Shown: positions 8,477-18,936, counted from the stretch's first letter. The stretch is DNA of 64,000 bases from Pseudomonadota bacterium (GCA_009922615.1 RFVF01000003.1:13069-77068), one strand, 5' to 3'. The notes: generated from the sequence alone by a model not told the origin. Program-made: numbers and translations.

Positions 8477-10903
8477 TTGGCCCGCTGGGGTGATGGTCAG
8501 CGTAAAGTGAGGGCCACTTTGAGCCGGTCGGGGTTGGATTATCTCGTCATCGCGTTGACCGCGCTTGCGCCGGCGATGGCGGGAGCGGTGGAGTTCCCCA
8601 CGCAAGTCCCCCTGCTGTGCGCCGCGACCTTGTTCATGGCGATGGACCCACGTCGCGCGGCGGCCCGCGTGCCGTGGTCGGTCATCGGCCTGGCGGTGCT
8701 CCTCGTCGCGTTGGGCGCGAGTGCTTTTCTGCCGAGTGCCTGGCTCGGCGGCACGTCGGTGAAAGCGCGGCTGGAGGAAGCGTTGGATCTGGAGTTGTCC
8801 ACGCGCGTCACGCTGCAACCGTGGCTGACACTGGAGGCGCTGCTCGTTCTCGGGTCGACGTTGCTGTGGGGTCACTATCTCTTCACGCGCTCGTGGACGC
8901 TGCGTCGCGCGCAAGCGATCGGGGTTTACTGCGGGCTCATTGCCGCGCTCGCGGTGGCGTCGCTGGCGTCGTTCTGGCACGGCTGGCGACCGCCGTTCTG
9001 GCCGGCGAACATCCCGTTTGGCCCGTGCCCGAATTATAACGAGACGGGCTTTATCTTCGGCACGGCGGCGGTCCTGTGCTTCTGCCTCGCCTTCCGTAAG
9101 ACGCATCAAATGTCGGTTCCCGGCCGCGCGGTGTTGTGGCTGGGTCTTTATCTGGTGCTAGGTGCGGCGCTCATCTGCAACCGCTCCCGCAGCGGCGTGC
9201 TCATCTTCCTTGGCGGGCCGCTCGCGTGGTTGCTCGCGTGCGTGGGAGCGCAGCAAATGAAACTACGCGAAGCCGCGCGAATCGGCTTGGCCGTGGGCTT
9301 GGCCGGCGTCTTGTTCCTCATCTTCGGTGGGGTGGCGTTGAAACGATTCGGTGACGTGCCGGAAACCTTGGGCGGCGATTACCGCGTGCTGGTGCAGAAA
9401 GATGCGTTGCAACTGGCGCGCGCCGCGTCGCTCGTCGGCGTGGGCGCGGGCAACTTCAGCGTAGTGTTTCCCTTCTATCGCGAGGCGTCGTGGAACCTGA
9501 AGCGCGCGTTGCATCCCGAAGGCGATTGGGTGGCCCTCGCCGCCGAGTTGGGCTGGCTGGCCGTGCCGGTTGCGTGGGCGCTACTGGCCTGGGGCGTGCG
9601 CCGGGTGGTGAGCGAGAGCGGCCAGTCCGAACGCCCCATCATGCTGGCCGCTGGCGTGACCGGCGTGGCGCTGTGGCTGCATGGTTTCGTGGACATGAAC
9701 GCGCATCGCTTGGGCGCGGTGTGGCCGGTTTTATTCTGTCTCGCGGTGAGCCAGCCGCGCTCCGCCGAGCCGGAGAAATACGCCCGCTCGCTTGGCTGGC
9801 GCGCGGGCTTGGTCGGTCTGAGTCTCGTGCTCCTCGCTGCGTGGCTGGGGCCGACGTTCAAGCTGAACTTCCCGGGCACCATGCTGCGCCGTGAGCTGGA
9901 TGCGTCGTTCGATGCCGCGATGAGCGCGCGCGATTTCACGCAGGCCCAATCTGTATGCGACGAAGCGCTCGCGATCACGCCGCTGGATTGGCGGCCGTAT
10001 TTCCAACGCGCGTGCGCCACGCTCGCCCGGCGCGGCGCGGTGAACGACGCGGTGCGGGATTTCTCCCGCGCGCGTGCGCTCGAACCGAACGCGCCGGACT
10101 TGCCGCTGCTCGAAGCGCGTTACTGGTGGGATCACGACTGGCCACTGCAAACCGAGCTTGCGCTCGAGGAAGCCTTCCGGCGCGGCGGCTTCACCGAGGC
10201 GACGTTCGACCACGTCTTCAACGCCTGCCGCCACGATCCAGGCATGATCCGCGCCTTGCTCGGCCCCGCCGCGTGCGGGCCGGCCACGCAGTTACGTTAC
10301 CTGCGCGACGCCCCGCCGCTACTCTTCACCGAGATGCTCGCCGTGGTGTTGCGCGGCCCGCTCGGGACGTGGTCGGAGGCGCAGCGCAAGACGCTCTTCC
10401 GGCTGTGGGCCGAGCACGCGGAACGCGAGCAACTGCTGGACTTTCTCACGGCGCACCCCGAGCAGTTGGCGGCGGCCTGGCCGGCGCTCGCACGCGTGCT
10501 GCTGCGCCAGGAAAAATCCGAAGCGGCCTGCGAACTCATCACTCGCTGGCAAGTGCCACCGAAGTTGCCGCAACTGGAATCCTCCGCTTCGCTTGCCGCG
10601 TTGCACCGCCGCCTCGAACTCAACGCCGCCGACTACGGTGCCGTGTTCCTCCTCGCCACGCGCTTTCAGGAGTCCGGCGAGTTCGACGCCGCCAGCCAAG
10701 TGCTCGCGCACGGCGTCGCGCGGCCGTCGGCTCCGGCTTACCTGCACTACCTGCGCTTCCAACTGCTCGCCGCGCGCCGCGAGTGGCGCGCGGCCGCTGC
10801 GAGCTGGCTGCACTACGACGAAGCTACGTTACGGGCGGCGGCCAATTCAACACCTGCGCCACAGTTGCGTGACAAGTCGGCAACTTCCCGTTCCGCCCCT
10901 TGA
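8477..10903 (+). CDS. O-antigen ligase (Wzy_C)-like polytopic membrane protein fused to a C-terminal TPR region
   Basis: Many TM segments. NRSRSGVLIFLGG and HPEGDWVALAAELGWLAV resemble the Wzy_C/O-antigen ligase loop. The C-terminal 330 aa are helical-repeat/TPR-like. The TTG start at 8477 is uncertain. Confidence 0.65.
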   Translation: MARWGDGQRKVRATLSRSGLDYLVIALTALAPAMAGAVEFPTQVPLLCAATLFMAMDPRRAAARVPWSVIGLAVLLVALGASAFLPSAWLGGTSVKARLEEALDLELSTRVTLQPWLTLEALLVLGSTLLWGHYLFTRSWTLRRAQAIGVYCGLIAALAVASLASFWHGWRPPFWPANIPFGPCPNYNETGFIFGTAAVLCFCLAFRKTHQMSVPGRAVLWLGLYLVLGAALICNRSRSGVLIFLGGPLAWLLACVGAQQMKLREAARIGLAVGLAGVLFLIFGGVALKRFGDVPETLGGDYRVLVQKDALQLARAASLVGVGAGNFSVVFPFYREASWNLKRALHPEGDWVALAAELGWLAVPVAWALLAWGVRRVVSESGQSERPIMLAAGVTGVALWLHGFVDMNAHRLGAVWPVLFCLAVSQPRSAEPEKYARSLGWRAGLVGLSLVLLAAWLGPTFKLNFPGTMLRRELDASFDAAMSARDFTQAQSVCDEALAITPLDWRPYFQRACATLARRGAVNDAVRDFSRARALEPNAPDLPLLEARYWWDHDWPLQTELALEEAFRRGGFTEATFDHVFNACRHDPGMIRALLGPAACGPATQLRYLRDAPPLLFTEMLAVVLRGPLGTWSEAQRKTLFRLWAEHAEREQLLDFLTAHPEQLAAAWPALARVLLRQEKSEAACELITRWQVPPKLPQLESSASLAALHRRLELNAADYGAVFLLATRFQESGEFDAASQVLAHGVARPSAPAYLHYLRFQLLAARREWRAAAASWLHYDEATLRAAANSTPAPQLRDKSATSRSAP

Positions 10904-10936
10904 GCTTGCCCGCTGTGCGCATACTATCGCCGGCTC

Positions 10937-12625
10937 GTGAATACAACACTACCGCCCGCCCAACGGCTGGTTAAGCTGGCCTTCCTCGCGCTGATCATCA
11001 TCGGCGGATTGGTCGGCACGCTCTACGCCTCATATCGCGGCTACATCCAATGGCGCCAGACGCGTCTCCTGCGCCAGACGCGCGATCACCTCGCCCGCGC
11101 GGACCTCAAGCAGGCTGTGCTCACCGTCCGGCAGGCTGTGCAAAACGCGCCCAACGACGTGCCCACGTGTCGCCTGATGGCCGAAGTCGCGGAACGCGCG
11201 GGCTCGCCGGTCGCCGTCTTTTACCGGCAACGGCTCGTCGAGCTTCAGCCCGAGGCCAGCACTAACCGCGTCCTGCTCGCGAAGACCGCGCTGGCCTTCA
11301 GCGATTACCGCGTCGCCGATCAGGCGCTCAAGGACGTGCCCGAGGCCGCGCGGCAGAACTTCGACTTCCACTGGACTGCCGCGAACCTCTGCCTACCGAC
11401 GCAACGCGAGCTCGAAGCCGAGACCCACCTGCTCGCTGCAATGCGATTCGCGCCCACCAACCCCGCCGCGCCGCTCAAGCTCGCCGCGCTGCGCCTGCAA
11501 GCCAGCGACACCAACCGCCAGCACCAGGCCCGCGCCCTCCTGCTCGCCTTGCGCACCAACGCGACCGCCAAGGCCGACGCCCTGCGCATGCTCACCGAGG
11601 ACGCTGGCCGCAGCGGCCAGGCCACCGCCGCGCTCGCTTACTCCGCTGAGCTGTTCAAGAACTCTGAGGAATTCCGCGACAGCCTGCTGCGGCTCCAAGT
11701 GGTTTACCGCTTCCAACGCGAGGACTACCCCGCGCGGCTCGTGAGCCTCAAGGCCCGCGCCAAGGAAAACCCCACCCAGGCCTTCACGCTCGCGCAATGG
11801 CTCCGCAGCTCCGGCCAGACGGACGACGCCGAGGCTTGGCTCAAGCTCGTCCCCGAGACCGTCCGCCGCCAGGTGCCGCTTGCCCCGCTCTACGCCGGTG
11901 CGCTCGACAAGGAGGCCGATTGGGCCGGCCTCGCTGCCTTCTTGCGCGGCCAGCAGTGGGGCCGCCGCGAACCCACCCGCCTGCTCTTCGCCGCCCGCGC
12001 CCAACGCGCGCTCGGCAATCCCCTCGGCGCCGCCGTCGAGTGGCGGCAGGCCCTCAAGACCGCCGACAAAGACCCGCTGGCCTTGCGCGAGCTCGCCGAG
12101 ATCATCGAGGCCTGGAAGTGGGACACCGAATTGCTCGAAATCCTCTGGCAAATGCACAACAGCGCGCCCAAGGACAAAGCCGTCTTCCTCGCGCTCAGTC
12201 AGCAGTTGATGAAAGCCGGCAACACCGCCGGCCTGCGCACGCTCTTCAGCCGCGCAAGCCAGGCCGAGCCGGACAATCTCGCGCTCAAGAACAATCTCGT
12301 GATGACCAGCCTCCTGCTCAACGCGCAGGACAAGGCCAGTCACCAGCTTGCCCGCGAGATGTTCACCGCCGCCCCCACCAATCCCATCATCGTCTCCACC
12401 TACGCCTTCTCCCTCTACCTCCAAAAGCAGCCCGCCGACGCCCTTGCCGCCTTCGCGCAGCTTAGGCCCGAGCAGCTTATGGAGCCCAACGTCGCCGCCT
12501 ACTACGGACTCGTGCTCATCGCCAACGGCCGCTCCGCCGACGCTGGCAAGTTCCTGCAAGCCGCCCGCCAAGCCAAACTCCTCCCCGAGGAAACGGCGTT
12601 GTTCGCCGCGAAACCCGGCGCGTGA
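10937..12625 (+). CDS. membrane-anchored TPR-repeat protein
   Basis: GTG start. N-terminal TM helix LVKLAFLALIIIGGLVGTLYA, followed by repeated Ala/Leu-rich TPR-like helices. Confidence 0.65.
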   Translation: MNTTLPPAQRLVKLAFLALIIIGGLVGTLYASYRGYIQWRQTRLLRQTRDHLARADLKQAVLTVRQAVQNAPNDVPTCRLMAEVAERAGSPVAVFYRQRLVELQPEASTNRVLLAKTALAFSDYRVADQALKDVPEAARQNFDFHWTAANLCLPTQRELEAETHLLAAMRFAPTNPAAPLKLAALRLQASDTNRQHQARALLLALRTNATAKADALRMLTEDAGRSGQATAALAYSAELFKNSEEFRDSLLRLQVVYRFQREDYPARLVSLKARAKENPTQAFTLAQWLRSSGQTDDAEAWLKLVPETVRRQVPLAPLYAGALDKEADWAGLAAFLRGQQWGRREPTRLLFAARAQRALGNPLGAAVEWRQALKTADKDPLALRELAEIIEAWKWDTELLEILWQMHNSAPKDKAVFLALSQQLMKAGNTAGLRTLFSRASQAEPDNLALKNNLVMTSLLLNAQDKASHQLAREMFTAAPTNPIIVSTYAFSLYLQKQPADALAAFAQLRPEQLMEPNVAAYYGLVLIANGRSADAGKFLQAARQAKLLPEETALFAAKPGA

Positions 12626-13839
12626 ATTCCGCCGCTCTGACGCTGCCAACTCCGTGCCACGAGCCCGCCGGAATCAGAACCCCGGCCGCGCCCGCAGCCG
12701 GGCGACGGCAAGTTTATTTCGATTCGCTGCGGGGTGGGGCTGCCTTGCTGGTATGCGCCGGTCACTTGCGCCACTTCCTGTTCGTCGAATGGCGCGAGGT
12801 GAGCCAGCCGACTGTGCTGGCAAAACTCTTTTACGCGCTCACGTCGCTGGGCCACGCGTCTGTCGTCGTTTTTTTCGTGCTCAGTGGATTTCTCGTCGGC
12901 GGTTCAGTCTTGAGCCAAGTCCGCGCCCAACGGTGGTCTTGGGGGAACTATGCCAGCCGTCGGCTGACGCGCCTGTGGGTGGTGCTAGTGCCCGCTCTGG
13001 CGTTGACGGCTTTGTGGGATTGGCTGGGCCAGACGCTGGGCGGCGCGGCGGCGTATGCCGGTGCTTATTCCGCGCTCCACAGCAGCGGCCCGACACCCGC
13101 TACTCCAGCCAATCACACTTGGGCTACGGCTATGGGCAACCTGTGCTTCCTACAAACGGTGTGGACCAGTGTGTTCGGATCGAATGGCCCGCTGTGGAGC
13201 CTCGCCAACGAGTTTTGGTATTACGTCCTCTTTCCACTCGGCGTGTTGAGCGTGCGAGGCAACTCGGGGAAACAACGCGCGGTGTCGCTCGCGCTCGGAG
13301 CCGGTCTGGCGGGGATGCTGCCGGGCGAACTCACCCGCGCGGGACTCACATGGCTGATGGGCGTTGCGATGGCAGCGATTCCGGCGGCGTCCCCCGCGTT
13401 CAACTTCTTGCGGGGGCGAGCAGCGGCAGCGGTCTTGGCGGTCTTGCTGGTGAGCAGTTTCGCGGGACATGCACTCCATAATTGGCTGGGAGCTGACGGA
13501 TTGATTGGCCTGTGGTTTGCCGCGCTGCTGCCGTTCCTCCTGAACCAATCGCCCCCGGAATGGCCTGGCGCGGCGCGGCTCGCGACGGCGGCGGGGGAAC
13601 TTTCCTACACGCTCTATCTCACGCACTTCCCCTTCTTCGCGTTCGTTGCGTGGCACGCCGGAGCGCCGCCGCGCCTACAGCCCGACGCTGGCGGGCTGAT
13701 CGTTTTTGTTTTCTTCCTGTTCGTAAGTTTGGCCTACGCGGGGGCCGTCTGGTGGCTATTCGAGCGCAACACTGACCGCATTCGCAATCAATTGGAACTA
13801 TGGCTGCGCCCTTCCCCACCATCCTCGCCCGTTGCCTGA
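12622..13839 (+). CDS. acyltransferase family 3 (polysaccharide O-acyltransferase-like) membrane protein
   Basis: VYFDSLRGGAALLVCAGHL is the typical Acyl_transf_3 N-terminal motif. About 10 TM segments. GTGA start/stop overlap with the upstream gene. Confidence 0.75.
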   Translation: MNSAALTLPTPCHEPAGIRTPAAPAAGRRQVYFDSLRGGAALLVCAGHLRHFLFVEWREVSQPTVLAKLFYALTSLGHASVVVFFVLSGFLVGGSVLSQVRAQRWSWGNYASRRLTRLWVVLVPALALTALWDWLGQTLGGAAAYAGAYSALHSSGPTPATPANHTWATAMGNLCFLQTVWTSVFGSNGPLWSLANEFWYYVLFPLGVLSVRGNSGKQRAVSLALGAGLAGMLPGELTRAGLTWLMGVAMAAIPAASPAFNFLRGRAAAAVLAVLLVSSFAGHALHNWLGADGLIGLWFAALLPFLLNQSPPEWPGAARLATAAGELSYTLYLTHFPFFAFVAWHAGAPPRLQPDAGGLIVFVFFLFVSLAYAGAVWWLFERNTDRIRNQLELWLRPSPPSSPVA

Positions 13840-14634
13840 GCTTGATTCTGGCCGCCGGGTCCGCCCTCCCCGCCCGCGCCGTCCTCTTCTACGGCACGGG
13901 CGACCCGAGCTTCAACACCACCGCGCCCACGGGCGGCCTGCTGGACAGCGGCTGGCAATATCAAGGCACTTGGGGCGGCTCGCTCGGCACCGCAATCGCC
14001 CCGGACCTCTTTGTCACCGCCAAGCACCTCGGCGGCAGCGTCGGCGACACCTTTACTTACGGCGGCACCACTTACCAGACCACTGCGGTCTATGACTCGC
14101 CCGCCAGCGACCTTCGCGTCTGGCGGGTGAACGGCACCTTCGCCACCTACGCGCCGCTCTACCGTGACGGCTCCGCCAGCGCCCTCAGCCAGAGCGCCGT
14201 CGTCTTCGGGCGCGGCACCCAACGCGGCAGCGAGGTCACCGTCAGCGGCCAGTTGAAGGGCTGGACTTGGGGCACGACCGACCAAGTCCAACGCTGGGGC
14301 CAGAACACCGTGGACGGCGTCACTGTCGGCGGTGCCTCGCTGGGCAACCTATTGCGTCTGGGCCTCAGCGCCACCGGCGGGGCCAACGAAGCCCACCTCA
14401 GCAGCGGCGACAGCGGCGGCGCGGTCCAGCGACGGCAACTGGCAGCTCATCAACGGCGCGAACCCCGTCGAGAGCTCCTTCTACGCCACCAGCATCAGCG
14501 ACAACCTCAGCTTCCTGGACGCGCTTATCACCCCCGTGCCCGAGCCGGGTGTGATCGCCTGGCTGGGGTGCGTTGCCTGCGCTGTCCTCTTCGCTTGGGA
14601 AACTCGGCGTCGCCGCCTCCGCCCCACGCCCTAG
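13800..14634 (+). pseudogene. trypsin-like serine protease with a PEP-CTERM anchor, reading frame broken near 14415-14428
   Basis: ORF 13800.. carries a signal peptide, TAKHLGG (His box) and SSGDSGGA (Ser box), then degenerates into Arg/Gln junk. ORF 14332..14634 in the +1 frame continues sensibly (SSDGNWQLINGANPVE...) and ends in VPEPGVIAWLGCVACAVLFAWETRRRR (PEP-CTERM). Confidence 0.8.
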
Positions 14635-14672
14635 CGCGGCCCGCGAGGATCGCAAACCGGTCGGAGCGCAGG

Positions 14673-16214
14673 TTAATGCACCCGCGCCCCGCGCGCGACC
14701 AAGTTCTCCAATTGCCCGCGCAGGGCGGCGACGGACTCGGCGGCGGTGGCGGGGCCTTCCACCGCGAGTTCCAACACTTGTTGCCCGAGGTGCCGCCGTC
14801 CCGCGCGGACGGCATCTAGGCGGCTGCCTGACGTGCCATCTTCCGTCCCGCTGGCCGCCGTGGGCGAGCGGTCTTCCCACAGGCAGTAGAAGACGAACAG
14901 CGTGCGACCACCGGCCTCGAACTCGTAGTGGCGGAAGGGTAGTTCGAGACCGCGGACGGGGAGCCGGAGCGGACTGTGCTCGGCGCGCAAGCGGTGGCCG
15001 GTGCCCGGGAGGCAGATGTCGGGCGTGTGGCCCTTGGCGAGCTGGGCCGAGTTCTTGCCGGGCTCCCAGCGGAGGAAATACATCTGCCACTGATGCGCCT
15101 GTGCGTCCAGCCAGCGCGCGCCGCGCCCAGTATCGCAGCGCAGCAGCGCGCGCGCGGTGTCGGAGATTTCCACTTCGTCGAAGCTGCTTTGCGTCGTGGG
15201 CCAAGCGATGGCCCAACGTTGGTTGGCGACGATCGTCTGCTCGTGCGCGCGATACCACGCCTCGGTGCCGCCTTCGGTCAGCGCTAGGACGGCGAGGAGC
15301 AGCGCGGCGGATTTCACCGTCAGCCAGCGCGGGCGAGCGGATGTGGAAGGCGTTTCCGCCGAATTCCCCGTCGGAGCCGGTGTCGCGCCGCGCCGTAACC
15401 AGAGCGCCACGCCCCAGAGCGTCGGCAGCACCAGCGAGATCACCACCATCCCCGCGCCATCGTGCGCGCGGTGCATCGCGTCGAAGCCCTGACGCGCCGC
15501 GACCCACACGAGGAAGAAAGTGCGGCCCACGTTTGCCGGCAGGGCGATCAACAGGCCCGCCGCGACGAGCCCCGTGCGCCGCGCGCCGCTGAATCCGTAA
15601 AGCTCGCCGAGGAACAGTGCCACCATGAGCGTCGTCTGCACGGAGCGGACGCCGCTACAGGCTTCGTCCACTCCCACCAGCCCGGTGCTGATCTCGATGA
15701 GATTGCCGTGCCGCAGAGCCGGGAGGTCCACGAGCCCGGCTAGCTCCACCGTCACGCTCGCTACGCCGCGCATGAGGTTTTGAATTACGGTCTGTTCGAG
15801 CCACACGGGCCAGGGAACTGCTACGAGCAGGAAGAGCACGGGGAACGTGAGGTGCCGCCGCCAGGCCGCGCCGCCCACGTGCTGGAACAGCGCCAACGTG
15901 AAGCCCGCCAGCCCCGCCGCGTGCGCCCACAGCACGAGCCGCCACTCGGGATTGGCTTCCTCGATCAAGCGCAGCGGCGCCAGCAGCACCAACGCGCCGA
16001 AGAGGAACCACGTTAAGTCGCGCCCGCCGGGCCCCGGCGCGGGTGCGGGCCGCGTCGGCCAGCGCCGCGCCAGCAACGCCAGCGCCAGCGGCGGCACCGC
16101 GAAGCCGTAGGCGTATTGCGGGTTGATGGCCCAGTCCGAACGGAGCTGGATCCAGAGTGGCAGCCACGCCAGCGCGAGCACGGCGGTGGTGGGTAGGAGT
16201 GGCGGCGCGTTCAT
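14673..16214 (-). CDS. exosortase fused to a C-terminal EpsI-family domain (copy 1)
   Basis: Polytopic N-terminal half with VDEACSGVRS (catalytic Cys motif) and ANVGRT. The C-terminal half has KGHTPDICLPGTGHRL and FVFYCLWEDR, typical of EpsI. Confidence 0.85.
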   Translation of the reverse strand: MNAPPLLPTTAVLALAWLPLWIQLRSDWAINPQYAYGFAVPPLALALLARRWPTRPAPAPGPGGRDLTWFLFGALVLLAPLRLIEEANPEWRLVLWAHAAGLAGFTLALFQHVGGAAWRRHLTFPVLFLLVAVPWPVWLEQTVIQNLMRGVASVTVELAGLVDLPALRHGNLIEISTGLVGVDEACSGVRSVQTTLMVALFLGELYGFSGARRTGLVAAGLLIALPANVGRTFFLVWVAARQGFDAMHRAHDGAGMVVISLVLPTLWGVALWLRRGATPAPTGNSAETPSTSARPRWLTVKSAALLLAVLALTEGGTEAWYRAHEQTIVANQRWAIAWPTTQSSFDEVEISDTARALLRCDTGRGARWLDAQAHQWQMYFLRWEPGKNSAQLAKGHTPDICLPGTGHRLRAEHSPLRLPVRGLELPFRHYEFEAGGRTLFVFYCLWEDRSPTAASGTEDGTSGSRLDAVRAGRRHLGQQVLELAVEGPATAAESVAALRGQLENLVARGARVH

Positions 16215-17467
16215 CCGAGCGCCTCGCTCGCGCGTTTCCCGCGCACTTCGTCCCCGACGGCCAATGTGTCGAGGTGACGGGTGAATTCCTGAAAAACTTC
16301 CGCCTGCTCGAATGGCGCGACGTAGCGCCGCCCCGCCGCGCCGTAGCCCGCCAGGCGCTCGGGTTCCTCCGCGAACGCCGCGAGCGTCCGTGCCAGTTCG
16401 GCGGCGCTGTCCGGCGGGACGTTGACGCCGAAACCGCCGTCCAGAAGCGCGCGCGCCAGCTCGCTGTCCGCGTCCGCGACCGTCAAGACCGGCCGCGCAA
16501 GCGCAAGGCTGCGCAGAAGTTTACTCGGGAAGAAAAACGCGCCCGTGCCGGTCTGCTGCGTGACGAGCGTGAGGTCCGCATCCACGAGCAGTTCGAGGTA
16601 ATGCGCCTCGCTTTGCAAGGGAAGGAGCCGGACGTTGGTGAGCCGCTGCGTGCGGATGCGCTCCTCCAGGCGCAGGCGCATCGCGCCATCGCCGCAGATG
16701 ACGAGTTGCAGGCGCGGGTGCGGGGCAAGGGCCGCCGCGTCGGTTAGAATCTCCAAGCCTTGCTTGACGCCGAGGTTTCCGGAGTAAACCGCCACGAAGT
16801 CATCCGTGCGCAGCCCGTGCCGCGCCCGAAACGCACCGCGCGCGGGCAGTGTCGCGGGCAGCGTAACGCCGTTCGGGAACGAAATGAGTTTCGCGGCGGG
16901 CACGCCCTTGGTCGCCAGCGCGCGCAACATCCCGCCGCTGATTACGGAGACCCGAGCCGCCCGCGCGTAGGCGAAGGCTTCGAGCGCGTAGAGCAGCCGC
17001 ATGAACCATCCCGGCTTCAGCATCCCCAAGCCGAGCGCGGCATCCGGCTGCAAGTCCTGCACATGGAAGACCACGGGCGCGGGCTTCACGCGCGTGAGCA
17101 GCCACGCCGCCGCACCGAGCAGCAACGGTGGCGACACGACGACGAACACGTCCGGGCGCGGCAGGCGCAAGAGCCGCAGCAGCGAGCTCGCGACGAAGCT
17201 CCCTTCGTGCAGGATGCGCCGGAGCGTGCCCGGGCGCGCCGGGACGTAGTGCCAGCAACGATGGACGGGCACGCCCTCGACCACGTCGTCACGATAGAGC
17301 TGGCCACCGTCCGCCGCCGCCTTCTGCCACGCCGGATAATACGCGAAGCTCGTGACCATCCGCACCGTGTGGCCGCGCTGGCGCAGGAACTCGCACAACG
17401 CGGTGTTGTAGGGCGCGATGCCGGTCAGCTCCGGCGCGTAGTTGATGCCCCAGACGGTGATGTTCAT
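16211..17467 (-). CDS. wcaI: GT4 glycosyltransferase, WcaI-like
   Basis: ORF 16211..17710. ATG 17467 gives MNITVWGINYAPELTGIAPYNTALCEFLRQRGHTVRMVT, close to the E. coli WcaI N-terminus. ATGA overlap with the upstream gene. Confidence 0.75.
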   Translation of the reverse strand: MNITVWGINYAPELTGIAPYNTALCEFLRQRGHTVRMVTSFAYYPAWQKAAADGGQLYRDDVVEGVPVHRCWHYVPARPGTLRRILHEGSFVASSLLRLLRLPRPDVFVVVSPPLLLGAAAWLLTRVKPAPVVFHVQDLQPDAALGLGMLKPGWFMRLLYALEAFAYARAARVSVISGGMLRALATKGVPAAKLISFPNGVTLPATLPARGAFRARHGLRTDDFVAVYSGNLGVKQGLEILTDAAALAPHPRLQLVICGDGAMRLRLEERIRTQRLTNVRLLPLQSEAHYLELLVDADLTLVTQQTGTGAFFFPSKLLRSLALARPVLTVADADSELARALLDGGFGVNVPPDSAAELARTLAAFAEEPERLAGYGAAGRRYVAPFEQAEVFQEFTRHLDTLAVGDEVRGKRASEALG

Positions 17468-18297
17468 CGGCTTTTCGGCGCGGTGACGTGGGCGGCTAGT
17501 TTCAGCTCCCGCGTGTGCAGCACGATGAAGTATTCGTAGATGGCCATGAGCAGCGCGTAGGCGAGTCCGGCGCGGCCATCGAGGAACGCGCGCCGCCAGA
17601 CGACCAGATAGAGGAACTTCACGAGCGGCCGGCAAGGCAACTGGTAGAACAGCCGTTTCTGATGCACGCGGCGTTGATGAAAATCGCCGCCGAAGAGCGC
17701 AGTCTTCCACGAGCCGGGCTCGCGATTTTGCTGCACGAGCATCCCGGCCTCGACGGCGGCGTAGCGGATGTGCCGCTCCAGCCAGAAGCCGATGCCCTTG
17801 CTGAACGGGTAGTGGTCAAACGGCTGCGTGAGCTCGCCGATCTCGCCGTCCACCACCGCCACTTGATGCACGAGGCGTTCGTAGCGAATCCGCGCGGGCC
17901 GGAAGAGCCGCACATACCACGGCGTGACTTGCACGTATTTCAGCCACGCGCCATCGAAGAAAAAATCCCGACGGCGGATGCGGAAGGCGGCGCGCGGATC
18001 GTCCGGCGGAAGCGCGCGCAGCTCCTCCGCGAGCCGCGTAGTCACGCGCTCATCGGCGTCGAGGTGCAAGACCCACGGGTGTTTGAACACCAGCTCGCGC
18101 GCCGCGAAGTTCTGGTGCGCCGCCCAGTTGTCAAACGCCCGCTGCGTCACGCGCGCCCCGGCGCTGCGCGCCAGCTCCACCGTGCGGTCCGTGCTGAACG
18201 AGTCCAGCACCTGCACATCGTCGCACCACGCGACCGACGCGAGGCACGCGGGCAAGTCTTGCTGTTCGTTCTTGGTGAAAATGAGGACGGAGATCAC
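17464..18297 (-). CDS. GT2-family glycosyltransferase
   Basis: ISVLIFTKNEQQDLPACLASV ... LHLDADE is the GT2 (GT-A) pattern. Confidence 0.8.
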   Translation of the reverse strand: MISVLIFTKNEQQDLPACLASVAWCDDVQVLDSFSTDRTVELARSAGARVTQRAFDNWAAHQNFAARELVFKHPWVLHLDADERVTTRLAEELRALPPDDPRAAFRIRRRDFFFDGAWLKYVQVTPWYVRLFRPARIRYERLVHQVAVVDGEIGELTQPFDHYPFSKGIGFWLERHIRYAAVEAGMLVQQNREPGSWKTALFGGDFHQRRVHQKRLFYQLPCRPLVKFLYLVVWRRAFLDGRAGLAYALLMAIYEYFIVLHTRELKLAAHVTAPKSR

Positions 18298-18306
18298 GCG
18301 GCTGGT

Positions 18307-18936
18307 TCAGTAGAAGTAAATGTCTGTCGAGGTGACGCCCGGACGGCACGGGCCGATGCTGCGGAATTCGCGCCACGACTTCGCGCGGTTCGCCGTGCGC
18401 AGTTCCGGGTAACGCCACGAATCATCCACGATGATGAGGCCGCCGGGCTTGATGCGCGTCTCGGCGAGCCGGAAGCACTGCGGCCGCACGGGCGTGGCCT
18501 CCTCCATGCCGTCCACGACGATGAGGTCCACCGGCGCGGCCGGGAGCGAATTCAGGTAGGCCGACTGCGCGAAGTCCGCCGCGTGATGGAAGTCGTAGGG
18601 ATGATGTTGTAGTCGGGCGTTGGTCAATTGCTCCGCCGCTAGTGCCGTGCGGACGCGGGTCAGCCAGTCCGCGTTGTCCTCCGTGGAAAGCACCGACGCC
18701 GCGCGCCGCGCGAAGAACAGCGTCGAGCCGCCCGCGCCATACTCGAAGACGTGCATCGCCTTCGTGACGTGGCCTTCCAGAAACTCGATGGCCGACTGCG
18801 CGAACCACGGCACACCCAGCTCCAGGGGCGTGCGCCGGCACAGCGGCCCGCGCGTGACATACGTGGCCGCGTGCCGCGGGTGCGTGGCGAGGTGCGCGAG
18901 GACGCGGGCGACTTTGGTGAGGACGCTGCCTTTCAT
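18307..18936 (-). CDS. class I SAM-dependent methyltransferase
   Basis: ORF 18307..19122. ATG 18936 (MKGSVLTK). VFEYGAGGSTLFFA glycine-rich SAM motif and LIVVDG. Confidence 0.7.
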   Translation of the reverse strand: MKGSVLTKVARVLAHLATHPRHAATYVTRGPLCRRTPLELGVPWFAQSAIEFLEGHVTKAMHVFEYGAGGSTLFFARRAASVLSTEDNADWLTRVRTALAAEQLTNARLQHHPYDFHHAADFAQSAYLNSLPAAPVDLIVVDGMEEATPVRPQCFRLAETRIKPGGLIIVDDSWRYPELRTANRAKSWREFRSIGPCRPGVTSTDIYFY

